DNA of 64,000 nt from Bacteroidota bacterium (GTDB lineage: Bacteria; Bacteroidota; Bacteroidia; Bacteroidales; PUMT01), in assembly GCA_003554865.1 (NCBI GenBank), contig PWHJ01000025.1, positions 6,822 through 70,821 on the forward strand, given 5' to 3'. Every line of letters starts with the position of its first letter. Within the stretch, counting starts at the first letter, position 1. Made by a program: the position numbers and the translations under genes. Below are positions 62,135 to 64,000 of the stretch, piece after piece. The notes beneath the pieces are model-generated. The model saw nothing but the letters and a program-made list of their open reading frames with translations. It ran no database searches and was not told the DNA's origin.

Positions 62135-63196
62135 TTACTCACCGCTTTCATTTTCATCATTATTGCCGGCCAGCTGATTGGCTGTCAGCTCCTCATACAT
62201 TCTCCGGTTTCTGAAAACATCACATGCAAGATAAAGAGATTTACGGAAGGAGTCGGGGCAGGCCTGGTTCTTTCCCGCAATTTCATATGCCGTTCCATGT
62301 GCAGGTGAAGTACGCACAACAGGAAGACCGGCCGTATAATTAACACCTGACTCGAACACCAGCGCCTTGAAGGGGGCAAGTCCCTGATCATGATACATTG
62401 CCAGTATCGCATCAAACTTGGTAAAATTCTCCGAGCCGAAAAAACCGTCAGCCGGATAAGGTCCGATAGCCATTATACCCTCTTCACGAGCCTGCTCTAT
62501 GGCCGGAATTATTACATCAATCTCCTCACTGCCAATAAGTCCGGTATCACCCGCATGGGGATTAAGCCCCAGAACAGCTATCAACGGCTTGCGGAGAGCA
62601 AAATCCTGTATAAGAGACCGGTTGAATATACGCAATTTATCAAATATTTTATTTTTTGTAACTGCACCCGGCACATCCGACAGAGGTATATGGTCCGTTA
62701 CCACGCCAACTTTAACTATATCACTGACCATGATCATAAGCACCTCTTCGGTATCGAAGTTTGAGGCAAGGTATTCTGTATGTCCCCTGAAATTAAATTT
62801 ATCGGATTGAATATTATGTTTGTTTATAGGAGCGGTTATTAATACATCTATCAAACCTTCATTCACATCATTGACAGCCCTGTCCAATGCCAAAAGAGAA
62901 GCTTCGCCGGCCTGGGTGGTTGATTTGCCAAGCTCCACGCGAACATTCTCATCCAGGCAGTCAATTATATTGGCCCGTTTGGGATTGGCTTCTTCAGCAG
63001 ATTTTATAAGATGAAAACTGAAATTTGTCACGTTCAAGGCTTTGCGATGGTATGCCCCCACCTTTGGTGAGCCATAGACCACAGGTGTACACAGGTCAAG
63101 TATACGGCTGTCCATTAAAGTTTTAATTATTATTTCATAGCTGATCCCGTTGATATCACCATGTGTTATTCCAACCCTTATCTTTTTGTTTTCCAT
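62135..63196 (-). CDS. pdxA: 4-hydroxythreonine-4-phosphate dehydrogenase
   Basis: THGDINGI, TAPINK, GHTEYL, GLNPHAG, PADG, MYHDQGL, RTSPAHGTA. Confidence 0.95.
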   Translation of the reverse strand: MENKKIRVGITHGDINGISYEIIIKTLMDSRILDLCTPVVYGSPKVGAYHRKALNVTNFSFHLIKSAEEANPKRANIIDCLDENVRVELGKSTTQAGEASLLALDRAVNDVNEGLIDVLITAPINKHNIQSDKFNFRGHTEYLASNFDTEEVLMIMVSDIVKVGVVTDHIPLSDVPGAVTKNKIFDKLRIFNRSLIQDFALRKPLIAVLGLNPHAGDTGLIGSEEIDVIIPAIEQAREEGIMAIGPYPADGFFGSENFTKFDAILAMYHDQGLAPFKALVFESGVNYTAGLPVVRTSPAHGTAYEIAGKNQACPDSFRKSLYLACDVFRNRRMYEELTANQLAGNNDENESGE

Positions 63197-63280
63197 AAAT
63201 ATACTACTTGTAAAAATTTAATTTCAATAAAAATTATTATAGTAAAACACTTTTAAAAACGAAGGATTTTGCGGCATTAT

Positions 63281-64000
63281 TTATAATTTTTTCAAAAAAT
63301 CATATATCAGTCTTACTCCAACACCACTGCCTCCTTTGCCCCTGTAGCTTTCACTCTTGTGCAGGTAAGCCGGACCGGCAATGTCAATATGGATCCAGGG
63401 GTAAGAGATAAAATGCTCCAGAAACTTCCCGGCTGTAATCGTACCGGCCGTTCTGCCCCCCACATTTTTTAAGTCTGCGATATCTGACTTAAGCTCTTCT
63501 TTATAATCATCCCATAAGGGAAATTCGACTATCCGCTCATATACATTCCATGCACTTTCTGTGAATCTTCCATAAAGTTTATCGTCGGCTGTACGCATCA
63601 CTGCAATCCCTTTAGTACCCAGGGCGGCTTTTGCCGAACCTGTCAGGGTAGCAATATCAATAACCATGGAAGGATCATATTTTTTGGCATATGCAAGAGC
63701 ATCTGCCAGCAACAGACGCCCCTCGGCATCAGTATTTAAAACCTCAACGGTAGTTCCGTCAAACATTTTGACAATATCACCGGGGACAATGGCATTTCCG
63801 TCAGGACGGTTATCCGTGGCCGGTATTAAACCGACAACATGAACGGGCAGCCTGTTCTTGGCAACTGCATATATAACTCCAGCAACAGATGCACCCCCGG
63901 CCATGTCAGATTTCATATAGTCCATACTGTTATATGTGGGCTTAAGGCTCATCCCCCCGGTATCGTACATCACTCCTTTCCCGGCCAGAACTATGGGTTT
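63281..64000 (-). CDS. pepA: Leucyl aminopeptidase (M17), 3' part; the 5' end lies beyond the window
   Basis: Frame is open to the edge: KPIVLAGKGVMYDTGG, MKSDMAGG, NTDAEGRL, DIATLTG, WIHIDIAG. Confidence 0.93.
   Translation of the reverse strand, partial: KPIVLAGKGVMYDTGGMSLKPTYNSMDYMKSDMAGGASVAGVIYAVAKNRLPVHVVGLIPATDNRPDGNAIVPGDIVKMFDGTTVEVLNTDAEGRLLLADALAYAKKYDPSMVIDIATLTGSAKAALGTKGIAVMRTADDKLYGRFTESAWNVYERIVEFPLWDDYKEELKSDIADLKNVGGRTAGTITAGKFLEHFISYPWIHIDIAGPAYLHKSESYRGKGGSGVGVRLIYDFLKKL

Overview
Core-genome segment of a Bacteroidota bacterium, most likely Bacteroidales/Marinilabiliales-like. Support: a SusC/SusD pair, TAnnTTTG promoters, signal peptides ending in A-Q, and a Bacteroidetes-type dcw cluster without murF. 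It is mostly housekeeping: susCD, mutS, tRNA-Gly and tRNA-Leu, glnA, valS, the coaX-OMP-lptC envelope cluster, ppiD, mraZ to ftsZ, glsAB-like acyltransferases, purF, miaB, aspS, tadA, an S9 peptidase, malic enzyme, pdxA and pepA. I saw no mobile element, prophage, CRISPR array, rRNA or defence gene. The best candidate for an undescribed system is a co-oriented osmoadaptation-like cluster, mscS - GH65 (T6P-phosphorylase-like) - TPS/TPP fusion. Its synthase domain looks intact, but its phosphatase domain has lost the catalytic aspartates (DxDGT to NYDGT, GDDxTD to GAGWAD) while staying full length. Other leads: a secreted DUF4438-like protein; strongly acidic exported proteins alongside ordinary cytoplasmic ones (salt-out halophile or alkaliphile pattern); a lipoprotein LptC coupled to a tiny 2-TM protein; and a malic enzyme resembling the Entamoeba enzyme. 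All family calls come from motif recognition, not database searches.
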